Below, one piece after another: positions 1 to 14,228 of a DNA stretch of 64,000 bases. The notes beneath the pieces were generated by a model, which was not told where the DNA came from, made no database searches, and worked only from the letters and a program-made list of their open reading frames with translations. The stretch comes from Octopus vulgaris. Lineage: Eukaryota. The position numbers and the translations under genes were made by a program. Positions within the stretch are counted from its first letter, which is position 1, and each line of letters starts with the position of its first letter. Where the stretch lies: contig OX597822.1 in NCBI GenBank assembly GCA_951406725.2, forward strand, positions 23,498,001 through 23,562,000. Direction: 5' to 3'.

Positions 1-237
1 TATATATATGTGTATATATATATAAGTGGAGCAAGAACACACACGAAAACGAAAAGTGTCGCTGAAGTGGTCATAGATGTGTGAGGAAAGATTTCCGGAC
101 AATGGACATGAGTTAAAGTAATAAAATAAGAAGAGTAATAAACGATTGAAGAAAAAGATATATAATGCGTGTGTTTATTTGGGCTCAAAAAAAAAAAAAA
201 GACCGTCCCGAAATTCAACAATATATATATATAGCTT

Positions 238-287
238 TGCATCGGTTGGGAACTGAACTCGAGCCGCCCGCGTGGCAGGCGAGCATT
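238..287 (-). pseudogene. tRNA-Gly(GCC) fragment (anticodon arm, T arm and 3' acceptor strand; 5' part missing)
   Basis: Minus strand reads AATGCTCGCCTGCCACGCGGGCGGCTCGAGTTCAGTTCCCAACCGATGCA, matching the 3' two-thirds of invertebrate tRNA-Gly-GCC with T-loop mutations. Confidence 0.75.
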
Positions 288-480
288 ATATGTGGGGTGT
301 GTTCAAAAAGTATCCGACGTTAATTTTTCCCGCCAAAACTAATGCTATGTGGGCAAGAACATTTCGATGAAAAATAATGTACCCTTCCTGCGCATGTTCG
401 AAAATAAGTCTCGTCAAATCCTGGCAATTACACTTTGAGTATAGACGTCTAGAGCACGCTCGTCCGATATTTGCTTGTAT
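288..480. mobile_element. Tc1/mariner-type terminal fragment
   Basis: TA followed by TGTGGGGTGTGTTCAAAAAGTATCCGAC, a typical mariner-like TIR; no partner TIR found. Confidence 0.45.
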
Positions 481-512
481 ACTACGCACACGCACACACA
501 CAAACACTCGGG

Positions 513-580
<68 letters not shown>

Positions 581-583
<3 letters not shown>

Positions 584-618
584 CACTGAATAGCTTATGA
601 CGAAACCATGGTATGCTT
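581..618 (+). ncRNA. Type I hammerhead ribozyme-like motif (degenerate core)
   Basis: AAGCA-CTGAATA-gcttatgac-GAAA-ccatgg-TA-TGCTT: 5-bp stem I, palindromic stem III, G8>T in core; starts right at the end of a (TA)n tract. Confidence 0.6.
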
Positions 619-782
619 CTGACTCTTTAATCATGTCATAATAATGACTTTTATGACTTTTATTACTACCTCAATCCATCTAAATGTATATATCTGTCGT
701 TACCTTTCATAAAAAGCCTTTTCTTTTTTTACTTACAATGTGCATTTTCGTTGATTTTTCATACCCCCGCCCTATATATATA

Positions 783-843
<61 letters not shown>

Positions 844-1224
844 AGCTGCTGGGAGCTGGAAGGTACTTTCATCCTTTTTCATCCAATATAGAGATAAGTC
901 CCTCTCCTCCATGTGATCGGCTTGAAACATTAACATTTTAACTTTCTTTTTCTTAACATGAAGACAGTGTTTAATACACAAATAAGGAAAATCTATCTAC
1001 CAATGCAGTGTTGAGCACTCATTCCCGTTGTTCAACATTTACATACATACATACATACATACATATATACATACATACATATATACATACATACATACAT
1101 ACATATATACATACATACATACATACATACTTACATACATATATACATACATATATACGTACATACATACATACATACATACATACATACATACATACAT
1201 ACATACATACATAACATAACATAA

Positions 1225-1416
1225 CATATAGGGATAATTCACACAAAAAAAGGCGAAGACAGGTGGTGTAGACAACAAACAGATGTATTAGTATAACTCT
1301 CGGGGAGTGGAAAAAAGTCTTTAACATTTCGAGCCTACGCTCTTCCACAGAAAGGAACACAGAAAGAAACAAGGAGAGAAATAAAGAATGTGTAGTGGCT
1401 AGCGATCTATCATGGC

Positions 1417-1420
<4 letters not shown>
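1225..1420 (-). mobile_element. Short hammerhead-bearing non-autonomous element (Penelope-like pLTR derivative), family A; HHR-like motif 1319-1354
   Basis: Minus: CTTT-CTGTGGA-A-GAGC-gtag-GCTC-GAAA-TG-TT-AAAG. Related copies at about 14560-14750 (-) and 33957-34120 (+); this copy lies between microsatellites. Confidence 0.6.
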
Positions 1421-1448
<28 letters not shown>

Positions 1449-1451
1449 CGC

Positions 1452-1509
<58 letters not shown>

Positions 1510-1579
1510 ACACACACACATACATACATATATATATATATGTCTGTGTGTGTGTGTATATACATACATACATACATTT

Positions 1580-1624
<45 letters not shown>

Positions 1625-1666
1625 CATGTATGTATATAAATGTATCTAATAGAGAATTAAATCTAC

Positions 1667-1764
<98 letters not shown>

Positions 1765-2379
1765 CATGTACATATGGAAGATTTTTTCCTGTTTAACCTT
1801 CGCTGCAATACAGAACGGAATAAACAAATCATCAAGCTGCATATATTATGGCTAAAGAAGCGAGAGAACAAACATGCCATGATAAACAAAAGAAAGAGGT
1901 AAAGAAATAAAATCGTATTTTTGGAAAGCAATGAGCAAAATAAACAAAATAGAAACGAATGTAAAGAATAGAGAATATGTGTAGGAGGTTGATTTCTTGA
2001 TGGTAAGTGAATCTCTTACGCACTGAAATATCGTAATAGATGAGAAAGAAGCACTAAGGCTGCGTATACGAGTCTCTGTTGCCAACAGACAAACTTTCCA
2101 ATCGGGCTTATGTAATGTAATGAATATAATGTAATGTATATTAGGAATTGTGGCTGCGAAAGAGTTACGAGTGTGTATGGGTATGTGCATGTGAGTGTGT
2201 GTGTGTGTGTGAGAGAGAGATACACGGGGTGGGGTGGATGAGAAATAGATAGAGAGAAAGACAGGGATAGAGCGAGAAGATCTGCGTGCTTATGTACTCA
2301 ACGTCATAGAAGTAGCTTGTTTTCTCATAAATAATGAACAGTGAACGATTATACATACATACATACAATCATACATGCA

Positions 2380-2429
<50 letters not shown>

Positions 2430-2492
2430 ATATATTTACATACATATATATATACTTATACATAAATATATACATACATATACATACATACA

Positions 2493-2524
<32 letters not shown>

Positions 2525-2567
2525 ATGTATGTATGTATATGTATATCTATATGTATATATATATATG

Positions 2568-2987
<420 letters not shown>

Positions 2988-3056
2988 AAATTCCTCTATT
3001 TACATTATATCGAGGTCCCTTTCATTCTTTTGTTATCTTACCATTTTTATCAATAC

Positions 3057-3097
<41 letters not shown>

Positions 3098-3186
3098 TGC
3101 GTAAATGTTGGTTGAATATCTGTTATTCGATGACGCTTGGTCGCGTACATATTTAATTCTAACACTCAAATTTATATCTTTGAAAT

Positions 3187-3254
3187 GCTGCAGTGATGAT
3201 GAGAAATAAGTAAGTAAATATTACTTTACTTTAATCTCGAAACGCGTATGTAGC
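3187..3254 (+). ncRNA. Type I hammerhead ribozyme-like motif
   Basis: GCTGCA-GTGATGA-t-GAGA...TCTC-GAAA-cgcg-TA-TGTAGC: 6-bp stem I, palindromic CGCG stem III, C3>G. Confidence 0.65.
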
Positions 3255-3539
3255 TCATCTGAGTCGTGTGGATTCGTTATTTTTTCCCTTTTGTCTACGT
3301 TAAAAAAATAGTAGCAGAATAGGCATTTTAACTCCAATTTCTAAATTCGGTGCGTGGTGAAGCCGATGTAGTGCGCACTACTTCAAAGAAAAAAAAACAT
3401 ATCCGGAAGTCTTCACATGGTCTGCAGCTGAGCAAAAACAGTTAACCTGACTTCATCAATTCTAGAGTCTCGAAGCCATCCCCACCAACACGCAAGACCA
3501 CCAGTGGATCCGGGGTGGCCACCACTGGCATCAGTACAC

Positions 3540-4500
3540 AGGTCACACCAGTATACTTCATAAACGTAAGAGGACTGTTACTACTCAGTAACAACCATAA
3601 TTACCATCTTGAGAGACCTAGTGGTATGCAATCAAGCCTTATGCATAACCTTCACTGAAACGCACCTAAAATCCGGCATCGCAGATGCAGAAATACACAT
3701 CAATAGTATGTTGTATTGCGAAGCGATAGGGAAAACAGGAACCATGGCGGAGTTGCAATGTACATCCGGGAAGATCTCACACCCCAGATCCTTTTATTAC
3801 ATTCAAATTCAGTATGTGACACATTAATTGTACATATAAGGCGGTCTTGTGTGTTGGTGGGGGCGAGCTGGCAGAAACGTTAGTACACAGGGCGAAATGC
3901 GTAGCCGTATTTCGTCTGCCGTTACGTTCTGAGTTCAAATTCTGCCGAGGTCGACTTTGCCTTTCATCCTTTCGGGGTTGATAAATTAAGTACCAGTTAC
4001 GCACTGGCGTCGATGTAATCGACTTAACCCGTTTGTCTGTCCCTGTTTGTCCTCTCTGTGTTTAGCCCCTTGTGGGTAGTAAAGAAATACATTAATTGTA
4101 CATATAAGACAACTTAACATAGTCATATGTACTACATACCGCCCACCAAATGCTCCAAATCACACGGGCCTATTCGAAGACTGCCTTGCAAAAAAGAAGC
4201 GATCTTATTCAGAATAGACGAGCACATCAGCGTACTTCTCACGGGAGTCTTCAACCTGCCCAATGTGCCCTGAAGGCCTTTTCCTCTCAGGAATGACGCG
4301 ATGTGAGCGAAGTCAGGTGGAATCCCTGCTCAACCTCAACAACAAGTTATACATGGAGTAAATAATACTCCAACCAACCAGGATAAACAATATACTTGAT
4401 CTCTGCGTCACAAACAATGTGGATCTTATCCATAATGTGAAAGTGACACCGAAACTAATCTCGAATCACAACATGATAGAGCTGACTATGTATGGACCAA
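3540..4500 (+). pseudogene. Decayed APE-endonuclease region of a CR1-group LINE, interrupted by a SINE
   Basis: Frameshifted motifs INVRGL, TETHL, RSDR..RNHGGVAMYI, YRPP, G(D)FNLP, PTRINNILDL, ISNHNMI. Confidence 0.75.
3841..4088 (+). mobile_element. tRNA-derived SINE with Nin/Deu-like central domain, 20-bp TSD
   Basis: Core GCCTTTCATCCTTTCGGGGTTGATAAATTAAGTACCAG; TSD ACATTAATTGTACATATAAG at 3821-3840 and 4089-4108. Confidence 0.85.
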
Positions 4501-4510
4501 AAGAACCCAC

Positions 4511-4607
<97 letters not shown>

Positions 4608-5369
4608 CATACATACATACGCACACACACACACACATATATATATATACATGGTGTGGGTGTGTGCATCTGTGTATATATGTATATATATATATATGTA
4701 TATACATTTGAATAAATATATGTATGTATACATAGATTCATATATATATATATATATATATGAAGATATATATGTATGTATACATAAGATCGTTAATTTA
4801 AAAATAGAATAACGATTTTATCAAGTGGTCAGCATGGAAAAAAATAACCTTCAAAGGTAATAATTATTAAAATTATAAATTAGGTTATCTACGAGATACC
4901 ACCATGCTGAAAAAAGCAGCCATGATCTGACTCTAAAGCCACCTTAGGTTTTCATATATCAACACGGAGAGAAAACAAAGAGACAAGATGAAACTAGTAA
5001 AAAATTACTGGATAATTCCAGATCCCGGATTTCTGACTTTACATTTATATATAAAACGATGTAATTCTCCTTTTTTTATTCAAAAAGTTATTTCAGATTC
5101 ATTTTGCTCTTTCATTTATATTTTTACGTATTCTCCCTGTTTTTGTCTGTTGCCAATTTTTAAATTTTCGGAATGCTACAACATCAACAACAACGACAAC
5201 GATGAAGAAACCTAAAAAAAAAATACTCCTATGAAACTATAAAATTGAATATATAAATCAATAAATCAAAATAAAATCCAATCATACATCGATTCAAAGA
5301 TATCCTAAAGAGATATCCTATGCATATTTATAATTTTTTGTCTTTTGGTTAAATTTCGTCTCAGAAAGC

Positions 5370-5474
5370 ATCATCATCGTCATCATCATCATCATCATCG
5401 TCATCATCATCGTCATCGTCATCGTCATCATCATCATCATCATCATCGTCGTCATATCATCGTCATCGTCATCG

Positions 5475-5512
<38 letters not shown>

Positions 5513-5519
5513 GTCATCG

Positions 5520-5563
<44 letters not shown>

Positions 5564-5660
5564 GTCATCATCATCATCACGATCATCACGATCATCATCA
5601 TCATCATCGTCATCGTCATCGTCATCATCATCATCATCATCGTCATCGTCATCGTCATCG

Positions 5661-5701
<41 letters not shown>

Positions 5702-5738
5702 GTCGTCGTCATCATCATCGTCATCGTCATCGTCGTCG

Positions 5739-5788
<50 letters not shown>

Positions 5789-5800
5789 GTCATCGTCGTT
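5370..5800. repeat. (ATC/GTC)n compound microsatellite
   Basis: Direct reading; source of the poly-D/poly-M/poly-I ORFs. Confidence 0.95.
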
Positions 5801-5807
5801 TTCTACG

Positions 5808-6689
5808 ATCGGTAGTAGTTCCACTGTACCGTTCTATAGAGGTTTAGTGCAGGAACAGTGCGACGAAGTTCTCGGGGAAACTCTAGGCGTCGATGATGAC
5901 CAGCTAACCAGTCTATTTGGCAGAACTTTCGGGTCGGGGCTCATGGATAACTTCCAAAAGTTCCTCGCTTGGCAGTGCTACCGAGGGGGCGCTGCCTGTT
6001 CGGGATAAATTCTACCGGCACGGAAGTGCCGTCAGCCGGGCCTACCCGTGGTGCGCTCAGAGCGACGAAACCGTTCCGCACGCACTCATCCAGTGCCTGA
6101 GTATTGCTGACCTGTGGGTTTATGTCGAACAGGTGCTGTCGCGTGTAGGACGGATCCGGCTATCAGCTGAATCCATAGTGAATATTGCCCCGTCGATCTC
6201 CTTTAACCGGGAAGGCAAGGCAATTTTCATTTGTCTGGTAGCTGTAGCCAAAGAGATGGTATGGTGAACCCGTTTGAAAGGGCTAAAGTCAGACACTTTC
6301 CTCTTTAGCCAATGCCTCATCAACTTTTTCAAGTTCCACTTGAAAAAGAAGGTGAGAGTAAAGAGGGAAGTGTTGTTTCGTAGCAAATTTATTGAAAGGT
6401 GGGTGAATGTCCGAAGAATGGCCAGTATGGACGAACTAATTCTGAGATTACACCTGTAAAGAAAAGGAGTATAAAAGGAGAAATGGCTCTCGCCCTGTTG
6501 ACCAAGCACCCGTGGCTTTTATGGGTTTTTCCATGAGTAACCTATTGGGAGTTTTTTACTTGCTAAATTTTTCTTGTTATCATATATTTACATGGACTTT
6601 TCTTTTTGCAGAACCCTTTGTTTTATCGTCCTGTTTTTGCCCTTTATGTATTTGATTTATATTAGCCCTTGTGGCCAATAAACCAGAAT

Positions 6690-6690
<1 letters not shown>
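5808..6690 (+). mobile_element. 5'-truncated Tx1/L1-clade LINE (ORF2 C-terminus and 3' UTR)
   Basis: ALPVRDKFYRHG...CAQSDETVPHALIQC zinc-knuckle region and KFIERW; ends AATAAA then (ATT)n. Homologous to 26966-27690. Confidence 0.75.
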
Positions 6691-6768
<78 letters not shown>

Positions 6769-6785
6769 CATCATCATCATTATTA

Positions 6786-6859
<74 letters not shown>

Positions 6860-6965
6860 AATATCCTTCTTCTTGTTACTACTGCTAATATTATTATCAT
6901 TATTATTAATTATCAATTCTATGATGATAATGATGATGATGATCATTATCATTATCATTATCATT

Positions 6966-7033
<68 letters not shown>

Positions 7034-7138
7034 CATCATCATCATCATCATCATTTTATTGTTGTTATTGTTGTTGTTGTTGTTGTTGTTATTAATATTA
7101 TCATCATTATTTTTACTGTTCATTAGTTTGAATAAAAT

Positions 7139-7263
7139 TCATGCGACAAGCAGATCGAAATTACAGGCTGTAAAACTGTCAGAACAGACCAAATGTATTT
7201 TGTGCATGATTGGAAAGAACGATGACCATTTTGGAGTAAACGTTTGTAATCGATCGGAAAATA
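7139..7263 (-). CDS. Putative third exon of an unidentified minus-strand host transcript
   Basis: Acceptor CCTTCCTTTTTTTTAG, then open frame (V)FSDRLQTFTPKWSSFFPIMHKIHLVCSDSFTACNFDLLVA*; phase-compatible with the 9744-9770 exon; no recognised homology. Confidence 0.2.
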
Positions 7264-7691
7264 CTAAAAAAAAGGAAGGAAATAGAAATACTCCTAAGTT
7301 TGCGCAATAATAATAATAATAATAATAATGATAATATTAATAATAATAATAATAATGAAAGTAGTAGTAGTAGTAGTAGTAGTAGAGTTTGGAGGAAGAA
7401 TTTAAAAAAGAAGGAAGAAAAATATAGTATGAAACAGAAATAAGCAAAATTCGGAAGCGTTGTAGAAGAAAATTGTAATCTATAGTTGATGTAATGATAG
7501 ATAAATACATCTAATATGTATGTATATATGTGTAGATATAGAAGTAGATATACATATGTAAAATTGGTTTTATATATATATATATGCACACATATATATA
7601 TATACATTCATATTTAAACAAAGACTGGAATATTCGGTATATATTTTTGATGTTTTTATATTCAGCATATGTGTGTGTGTGTGTATATATA

Positions 7692-7723
<32 letters not shown>

Positions 7724-7724
7724 C

Positions 7725-7755
<31 letters not shown>

Positions 7756-7972
7756 CATATATACATATATATATATGTATATGAATATATATATATTACA
7801 TATATGAATAGATGTATATATATATACATGTATGCATATATATATATCTATATATGTATCTATATAGTATGTATATTAGTATATATACATACATATGTAT
7901 GTATGTATATATAACACTGAACAAGTGTTATTACACTGCCTGCCTTTGTATACATACATACAGCTATATACA

Positions 7973-8035
<63 letters not shown>

Positions 8036-8085
8036 ATATCTATATGTGTACGTGTATGTATGTGTGTATATGTGCGTGTGTGTAT

Positions 8086-8116
<31 letters not shown>

Positions 8117-8239
8117 ATTTAATAGACATAGAATTCAAAAAAGAACTATTAATAATTTCAGTGCATAACATTATATCTATTTTGAAAATCAGGACGCTAG
8201 TCTATGAAAAAAACAGTGTGTGGGATAGCTACTCGTTCG

Positions 8240-8900
8240 CATGAGGGTGCTGTCCTACAGTTCGAGTAAAGAAATTTGTCCATGTGCTCAAATTTGCTAA
8301 AACATTTGGGATCTAACAATAAGTTTTGTGGTGGAATTCTTGGATCTAAAAAGAATGTGCGATATTTCAGCTACGCATAACTTTCATCTCTTTCATCCAT
8401 TTATATAAAGGGAGATTTCTGTTCGATTCTCCTCTTGATTATATGCTATGTGCAGTTGATCTTTAGATCGCATACATGGCTAACCAACTCAGTGGCCTTT
8501 TTGTATTAATGTATCGGAAAGAAGTCGAGTGGTTTGCATAGCGCTCTTTAAAATTACCTTTGCGTAAACCGACGTAATTAAAGACTTGGGCCACTTCACC
8601 GTTAAATTATTCTACACCAACAGGTTTAATTATGATTTCTACAAATGAGACGCAGATCTTGGTTTTGTTACTTTACTTTTCTTTCTTCTCGTCCCACCTT
8701 TTGCATCAAACTTTTTAATGTTTTTCCTTTCGTTTTTTTTCTCATGTTTTCTTAGAGGACCAGCGTCCTGGTTTTCATATAGATCTAACGGTCTGCACTG
8801 AGTGTGAAAGATTGGTTGGAGATACATGGCATGTTATATAAATCTGCCAAATATATTTACAGTGTGAAACCATTGGTTGCCATTTTTTCTTTAAATCGGG
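8240..8900 (-). pseudogene. Penelope-like element GIY-YIG endonuclease remnant
   Basis: Frameshifted minus translation includes PMVSHCK..QIYITCHV, YVGLRKGNFKERYANHSTSFR, KATELVSHVCDLK, KLCVAEISHILFRSK; homologous to 51585-51860. Confidence 0.7.
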
Positions 8901-9336
8901 CATATTAAATGATATTTATATATTGATGGATGGAGTACTTTTATGTTGATCCTACCTATAACGGAACAATAAACTATAAATATATATGTGTATATGTACA
9001 TTCATACGTACAAACATACATATACACATACATATGTTTCGTCTGCGTTCAATGCCTCGATAGAGTCGTAGAGGCACCGTCGTGACACAGTGGGTACTTA
9101 GGGAATTTATTTCTAAGTCTGATCGCGGTCGATTTCTTCCAGAAGAGAGAACATGAGACAGACAGAGGAGTTATATAAAAACAATGGACCCAGTACTTGC
9201 ATTTCATTCATCGATTCCGAAAGGACGAACGGCAAAGTCAACCATGGTAAGGATGAGGAACATGCACAGCACGACATTTTGTCCGGCACTGCACCGATTC
9301 TGTCCATTTAACACATATATGACTTAGATATAGACA

Positions 9337-9680
9337 TAGGGTATTCGGGCTAAATTCGACAGTTTGCATAAAAGGAAAAGAAAGAACAATATTTCATCTA
9401 AAAATAAAAGTATTTAAAAATATCAAAGAATTTCAACTACATAAAGGCTGGGAGGTAACAGTATACGCAAAGTAGCCGTTATCAGCGTCCACCACGACCT
9501 CAAAATGGCTTCGGAAGCTGGCGAATGCTTTACCCCACGGTGTCCATTGGAAGATCTTCGAACTCCATTTAGATCTTTGCCACCAGTTCGGCCTTGTTGT
9601 TGCAGGCAGAGTGGTTGGTGTCTTTCTCAACCGCACCCCACATATATAGCCGGGGCCAAATATTTGGAACATTAAAAAAA
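9337..9680 (-). mobile_element. Tc1/mariner-superfamily transposase 3' remnant with TIR
   Basis: Minus translation ...FEDLPMDTVGKAFASFRSHFEVVVDADNGYF; related plus-strand piece at 11610-11800 (DHYVWGAVEK...LEDLPRDTV..ACSRFRSHL). Confidence 0.65.
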
Positions 9681-9743
9681 ATAAAAATTGTAATGCCCAA
9701 GTAGAATTTTATCCAAATATATCCAACGTAGAGATATACTTAC

Positions 9744-9770
9744 CTAAAAACTGATCCAATGGTTCAATGT
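9744..9770 (-). CDS. Putative 27-nt microexon
   Basis: Minus: TTTTTCTTCTAG|ACATTGAACCATTGGATCAGTTTTTAG|GTAAGT, consensus acceptor and donor around a length divisible by 3. Confidence 0.35.
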   Translation of the reverse strand, partial: TLNHWISF

Positions 9771-9811
9771 CTAGAAGAAAAATAGGCAAAATCAACAATA
9801 TAGTTCCACAT

Positions 9812-10129
9812 CATAGGTCCTCAAATTGGACGCTGCCGCCTCCCGGCGGGCGTTGAGTGGGTTCAGGTGGGTTCTGATGTTTAAGGGAGCAGTAGAGAAA
9901 AAGAGGTATTTGGAGAAAGGCAGTGGATTGGGGGGCGTTTATGAATTTATAATATTATTATAGTATTGTATACAAATTATACAATATATCAAATATCAAA
10001 TGATTCATAGTATGTATAAATGAGTAAAATATAAAATTTTTATTTATACATAAAAATAGGGGTGGAGGCGCTCAGGGTATTATGTGGCCATGGGGGGGGG
10101 GGCTGGCCCAAAAAGCTTGAGAATCTCTG
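9812..10129. mobile_element. hAT-like MITE (degenerate)
   Basis: Ends CATAGGTCCTCAAA... and ...CTTGAGAATCTCTG resemble hAT/Charlie-type TIRs; TSD not clear. Confidence 0.45.
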
Positions 10130-10373
10130 TTTTAGACAGACCAAACTGCTTTCTTTTAATAAATGGAAGCTAGTACATCACGTATGGGAAAATATGTTCC
10201 AAACTTTTGGCCACGACTGCAGTAATCCACGGGGTTGCAATGCGGGGGAATTAGGAGGCTGGAGATCGGGGCTGGTGAAGTCGTAGAAATTATCCGACAA
10301 CAACTTCTGACTCTTTCTGGAATCATTCCAAATGAAACCATATTATAATTATATTCATAACCGAATTCAAGAA

Positions 10374-10432
<59 letters not shown>

Positions 10433-10610
10433 CATCATCATCATCATCATCATCATCACCACCACCACCACCACCACCACCACCACCACCATCATCACCA
10501 CCACCACCACCACCACCACCACCACCACCACCACCACCACCACCACCACCACCACCACCACCACCACCATCATCATCCTTCTTCTTCTTCTTCTTCTTCT
10601 TCTTCTTCTT

Positions 10611-10679
<69 letters not shown>

Positions 10680-10936
10680 TTATCAGTAAATCTTAGCGCA
10701 TATCTAGAATTGCTGAGTATGCGAGTATTCGCATGAATTTTAGAATGAATATTCGTTGGAATCTTTAATGGAAAAAATTCTAATGAACTTCTAATCTATG
10801 TTTTATCTTTTTTGGTTTTCAAAACAAAGATAGAATAACCATAAGAATCGATAATCAACGACAGAAAAAAAAAGTTACAGAAAAATTTTTGAAAATGTTT
10901 CTCGCACTGAATGATGAAATGAACTAGAAATATTAC

Positions 10937-11060
10937 CAGCAGTTTGTGAAAACTGTATATGGTAAAATCGGCCAAACATGTTTTACGTATTGTTGCGCAG
11001 TTCTTTTCCGCCATCTTGTTTTCACTGTGTTTCCTTTTAGCGTCAGCTTCCGTTTCATGA
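10937..11060 (-). promoter_or_regulatory. Possible promoter and first exon (ETS-like CGGAAG, YY1-like AAGATGGCGG, donor GTAATA)
   Basis: Minus: CGGAAGCTGACGC...AACAAGATGGCGGAAAAG...ACTGCTG|GTAATA; ATGs at 11014 and 10979. Confidence 0.3.
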
Positions 11061-11164
11061 CAGCCTTGTACGAGCATAGATGGAAATAAAAGAATTGGTT
11101 CCATATTCTTGAAAGAGTGAAAGGTTTCTTGAATGAAGCAAGACACAATTATGTAATGCTGTGT

Positions 11165-11605
11165 GCGTGTATGTCCTTTGTTTGTCCCCTCTATGTTTAG
11201 CCCCTTGTGGATAGTAAAGAAATAGGTATTTCGTCTGCCGCTACGTTCTGAGTTCAAATTCTGCCGAGGTCGACTTTGCCTTTCATCTTTTCGAGGTCGA
11301 TTAAACAAGTACCAGTTACTCACTGGGGTCGATATAATCGACTTAATCCGTTTGTCTGTCCTTGTTTGTCCCCTCTGTGTTTAGTCCCTTGTGGGCCGCA
11401 AAGAAATAAGGAACGTTAGCACGCCGGGCGAAAGGCTTAGCGGTAGTTCGTCTGTCTTCATGTTCCGAGCTCAAATTCTGCCGAGGTCAACTTCGCCTTT
11501 TATCCTTTGGGGGTCGATAAATTAAGTACCAGTTGCGTACTGGAGTCGATCTAATCGACTGGCCCCTCCCCTAAAATTTCGGGCCTTGTGCCTAGAGTGA
11601 AAAAA
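11165..11605 (+). mobile_element. Tandem Nin-domain SINE copies
   Basis: Two successive TTCAAATTCTGCCGAGGTC...GGTCGAT.AA..AAGTACCAG units with different 3' tails. Confidence 0.8.
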
Positions 11606-11804
11606 CATATTTAGTCCAATTCTGGCTTCCTATTCCCTTGTATTGTAACCTCATGGATCACTATGTGTGGGGCGCGGTTGAGAAAGACACCAACCACTGT
11701 AATCCTAAAGCTGAGCTGATAGCCAAGATCAAAAAGGTATTAGAAGATCTTCCCAGGGACACCGTGAGGGAACGCATGCTCCAGGTTTCGAAGCCATCTT
11801 TAAT

Positions 11805-12450
11805 TCTTTAACTAGTTTCAACTCGGTGCTGTAGCCATGATGGGGTACCACCGTTTGGTTTTCTACACTTTTACTTCATGAAAACTTCTCTGATGTGTCG
11901 CATTGGTGAATGAGAGAGTTTGATGCTACTAACCTCATATGAGTTTGCTGTTGGAAGGTAAGCTCATCTGGAACTCTTGACAGAAGGAGGTCTAATTTTG
12001 TTTTGAAGACACCTACATCCACACCCTACAAGTCTCAGATCTTTTGGGAGAATATTGAAGAGCTGTGGACCCTTGAAATCCAAACTGTTACAGTATCTGG
12101 TCCAGTATCTTGATGGCAATGTTGGGATTTTTGGCAATATGGAGAAGCATCTCGTTCTGCAGTTTGTGTAACTTTCAGTGCCAGAGTTTGGTACAAATCC
12201 TTCTATGATTTTCCAGATGTATATCACTGTATATCTTTCCCGTCTTCGTTCTAGAGAGCAGAGTCTTAACGTTTTCAATCTTTCTCAGAGCTGACCTCTT
12301 GCATTGAGATGATCTTCTTTGTGTAGCTTCGCTACATTTCGTCGAAAATTTTACACTGCATGGTGACCAGTGTTGAGAATAGTAGTCTAAAGGACTGAGG
12401 ACATATGTCTTCTAGAGGACTATCATAGTTTCCTGTTCTCTCGTTCTGAA
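11805..12450 (-). mobile_element. CR1-group LINE 3' remnant (RT C-terminus and 3' UTR)
   Basis: LCSLERRRERYTVIYIWKIIEG...[22 protein letters not shown]; homologous piece at 17495-17870. Confidence 0.75.
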
Positions 12451-12489
12451 AGGTCTAGGTTCCATATATTATATAACTATATTCTTTTT

Positions 12490-13290
<801 letters not shown>

Positions 13291-13873
13291 CATGTATACA
13301 GACATAAATACACACGTTTGGGGTAGGCGGATAGAGACAGAAACAAAAGTAGCGAGACAGAGTAACGACAGAGAGATGCTTGAACTGGTGTAAAGTCGCT
13401 GCTGCTGCTGTTGTTGTTGTTGTTATTGATGATGGTGTTGATGATGACGATGACGGTGGTAGAGGCAGTGCTACAAAGTTAGCCTTGTTGTTTGTAATAA
13501 AACAAAGAGGACGGAGGTTATTATATATCTTAACCAAGACAATGAACAGTAATGACACACGGCTTTCATAACAATATTACGCTTAAATGAAATGTAAATA
13601 GGATTCAGTCACAACTGTTCAGATATTCATTTCACCTTATAAGCATTCGACATTGAACATTAAACGCATTTTTATTTATTCCTGACAAATAACCATAAAC
13701 ATTATCGTGTTTGTGTAATTGTATGTATGTGTTTGTATGCTTGTACGATTGTATTATGCATGTGTGTATATATATATATATATATATAGGCGTATATATG
13801 TATACATATACACAAACATGCATATATGTATACATATATACAAACATGCATACATATATACATGTTAACACCC

Positions 13874-13967
<94 letters not shown>

Positions 13968-14003
13968 GGATGTATGTGTATGTATGTATGCATGTTAACA
14001 CCC

Positions 14004-14078
<75 letters not shown>

Positions 14079-14183
14079 CATACATACATACATACATGCA
14101 TGCAAACATATATGTATAATTAGGACTAGCACCTGTTTAAATTGAGACTTGAAACCAATAACCAAGAATAAGAACAGTGAGCG

Positions 14184-14228
<45 letters not shown>

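Noticed and set aside
3193-3262. Possible C/D-box snoRNA (GTGATGA ... CTGA)
   Set aside because: No terminal stem or recognisable guide; the hammerhead fold explains the sequence better.
13860-14050. About 130-bp tandem duplication (similar cases at 49915-50070 and the GGACATTATA repeat at 24251)
   Set aside because: Ordinary slippage or unequal exchange within microsatellite terrain; not CRISPR-like or a functional array.
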